Below are positions 63,657-64,000 of a DNA stretch of 64,000 nt, in pieces. How positions within the stretch are numbered: the stretch's first letter is position 1; the number at the start of each line of letters is the position of its first letter. The DNA lies in the IMG/VR virus record IMGVR_UViG_3300045988_175656; one strand, written 5' to 3'. The position numbers were made by a program, and so were the translations under genes. Under the pieces are notes generated by a model. That model was not told the DNA's origin. It made no database searches and worked only from the letters and a program-made list of their open reading frames with translations. The stretch comes from a virus.

Positions 63657-64000
63657 ATGGATTTAAAATTATACGAAATAATAAATTTAGAACAGGCAAT
63701 TGATGAATTAATTAAATATGATTTATCTTTTACATTTAAAGTTTCATTAGATATAATGCGGAACAAGGAAGCTTGTAAAAATATTACTGATTTATTTTTC
63801 AACAGAATGTCAAAAATATTTGATAGTTATGAAAAATTATATGATGCATCTTTAAGAACTGAAGAAGAATCTATTATATTTAATGAAGCTTTGAATACGA
63901 CTGTTGATGTACACATTAAACAATTATCTGTTAATGATATAGTAATTGAAGATAATGTTAAAGTAAAATTAGTTTTATTTAATAATCTAAAACCAATGTT
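63657..64000 (+). CDS. 5' part of a rightward gene that runs out of the window (MDLKLYEIINLEQAIDELIKYD...)
   Basis: Hand translation shows 114 codons with no stop to the window end. Confidence 0.45.
   Translation, partial: MDLKLYEIINLEQAIDELIKYDLSFTFKVSLDIMRNKEACKNITDLFFNRMSKIFDSYEKLYDASLRTEEESIIFNEALNTTVDVHIKQLSVNDIVIEDNVKVKLVLFNNLKPM

Overview
This window is a very AT-rich segment of a tailed dsDNA phage genome, with about 75 protein genes in alternating strand blocks and no tRNA, rRNA or CRISPR. The core is T4-like by motif-level similarity. It includes a gp17-like large terminase (9600-11492), gp20-like portal (11537-13582), gp21-like prohead protease (17060-17776), an acidic scaffold (17851-19362) and a gp23-like major capsid protein (19434-21395). 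Also present are a gp13-like neck protein (56149-57288), a gp5-like central spike (26352-27233), a gp55-like late sigma factor (29911-30639), two repeat-rich tail fibres (45645-51313) and a large family B DNA polymerase (51360-54911). Leftward blocks carry replication, nucleotide-metabolism and host-takeover genes: thioredoxin, a Pth2-type peptidyl-tRNA hydrolase, and ClpX lacking its zinc-finger domain. They also carry PhoH, an NMNAT-like nucleotidyltransferase, three glycosyltransferase-like genes and a 2H phosphoesterase. Further genes there are a GMP-reductase-like enzyme, dUTPase, a WYL-domain protein, a DnaQ-like exonuclease, a lipoprotein retropepsin-like protease and an SNF2 helicase. 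Two promoter classes are visible. A highly conserved TTG-N20-TAnnTTTG (Bacteroidota sigma-A type) element sits upstream of leftward early or metabolic operons, and an A/T-only A[AC]TATTTAT element sits upstream of nearly all structural operons. Together with the absence of Shine-Dalgarno sequences, this points to a Bacteroidota host. The most notable observations are: (i) a 352-aa LAGLIDADG-bearing intein in the SNF2 P-loop that lacks an N-terminal nucleophile and carries the class-3 Trp/Cys/Thr signature; (ii) an A AAA AAG slippery site inside an A10 run where a -1 shift would fuse two low-complexity late proteins; (iii) a ZBD-less ClpX that keeps all ClpP-docking and pore loops, next to Pth2; (iv) an ART-like protein at the prohead-core position; (v) a phage GMP reductase; and (vi) a tail fibre with 15 perfect 18-residue repeats. 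All functional calls come from reading the translated ORFs by eye. No database search was run.
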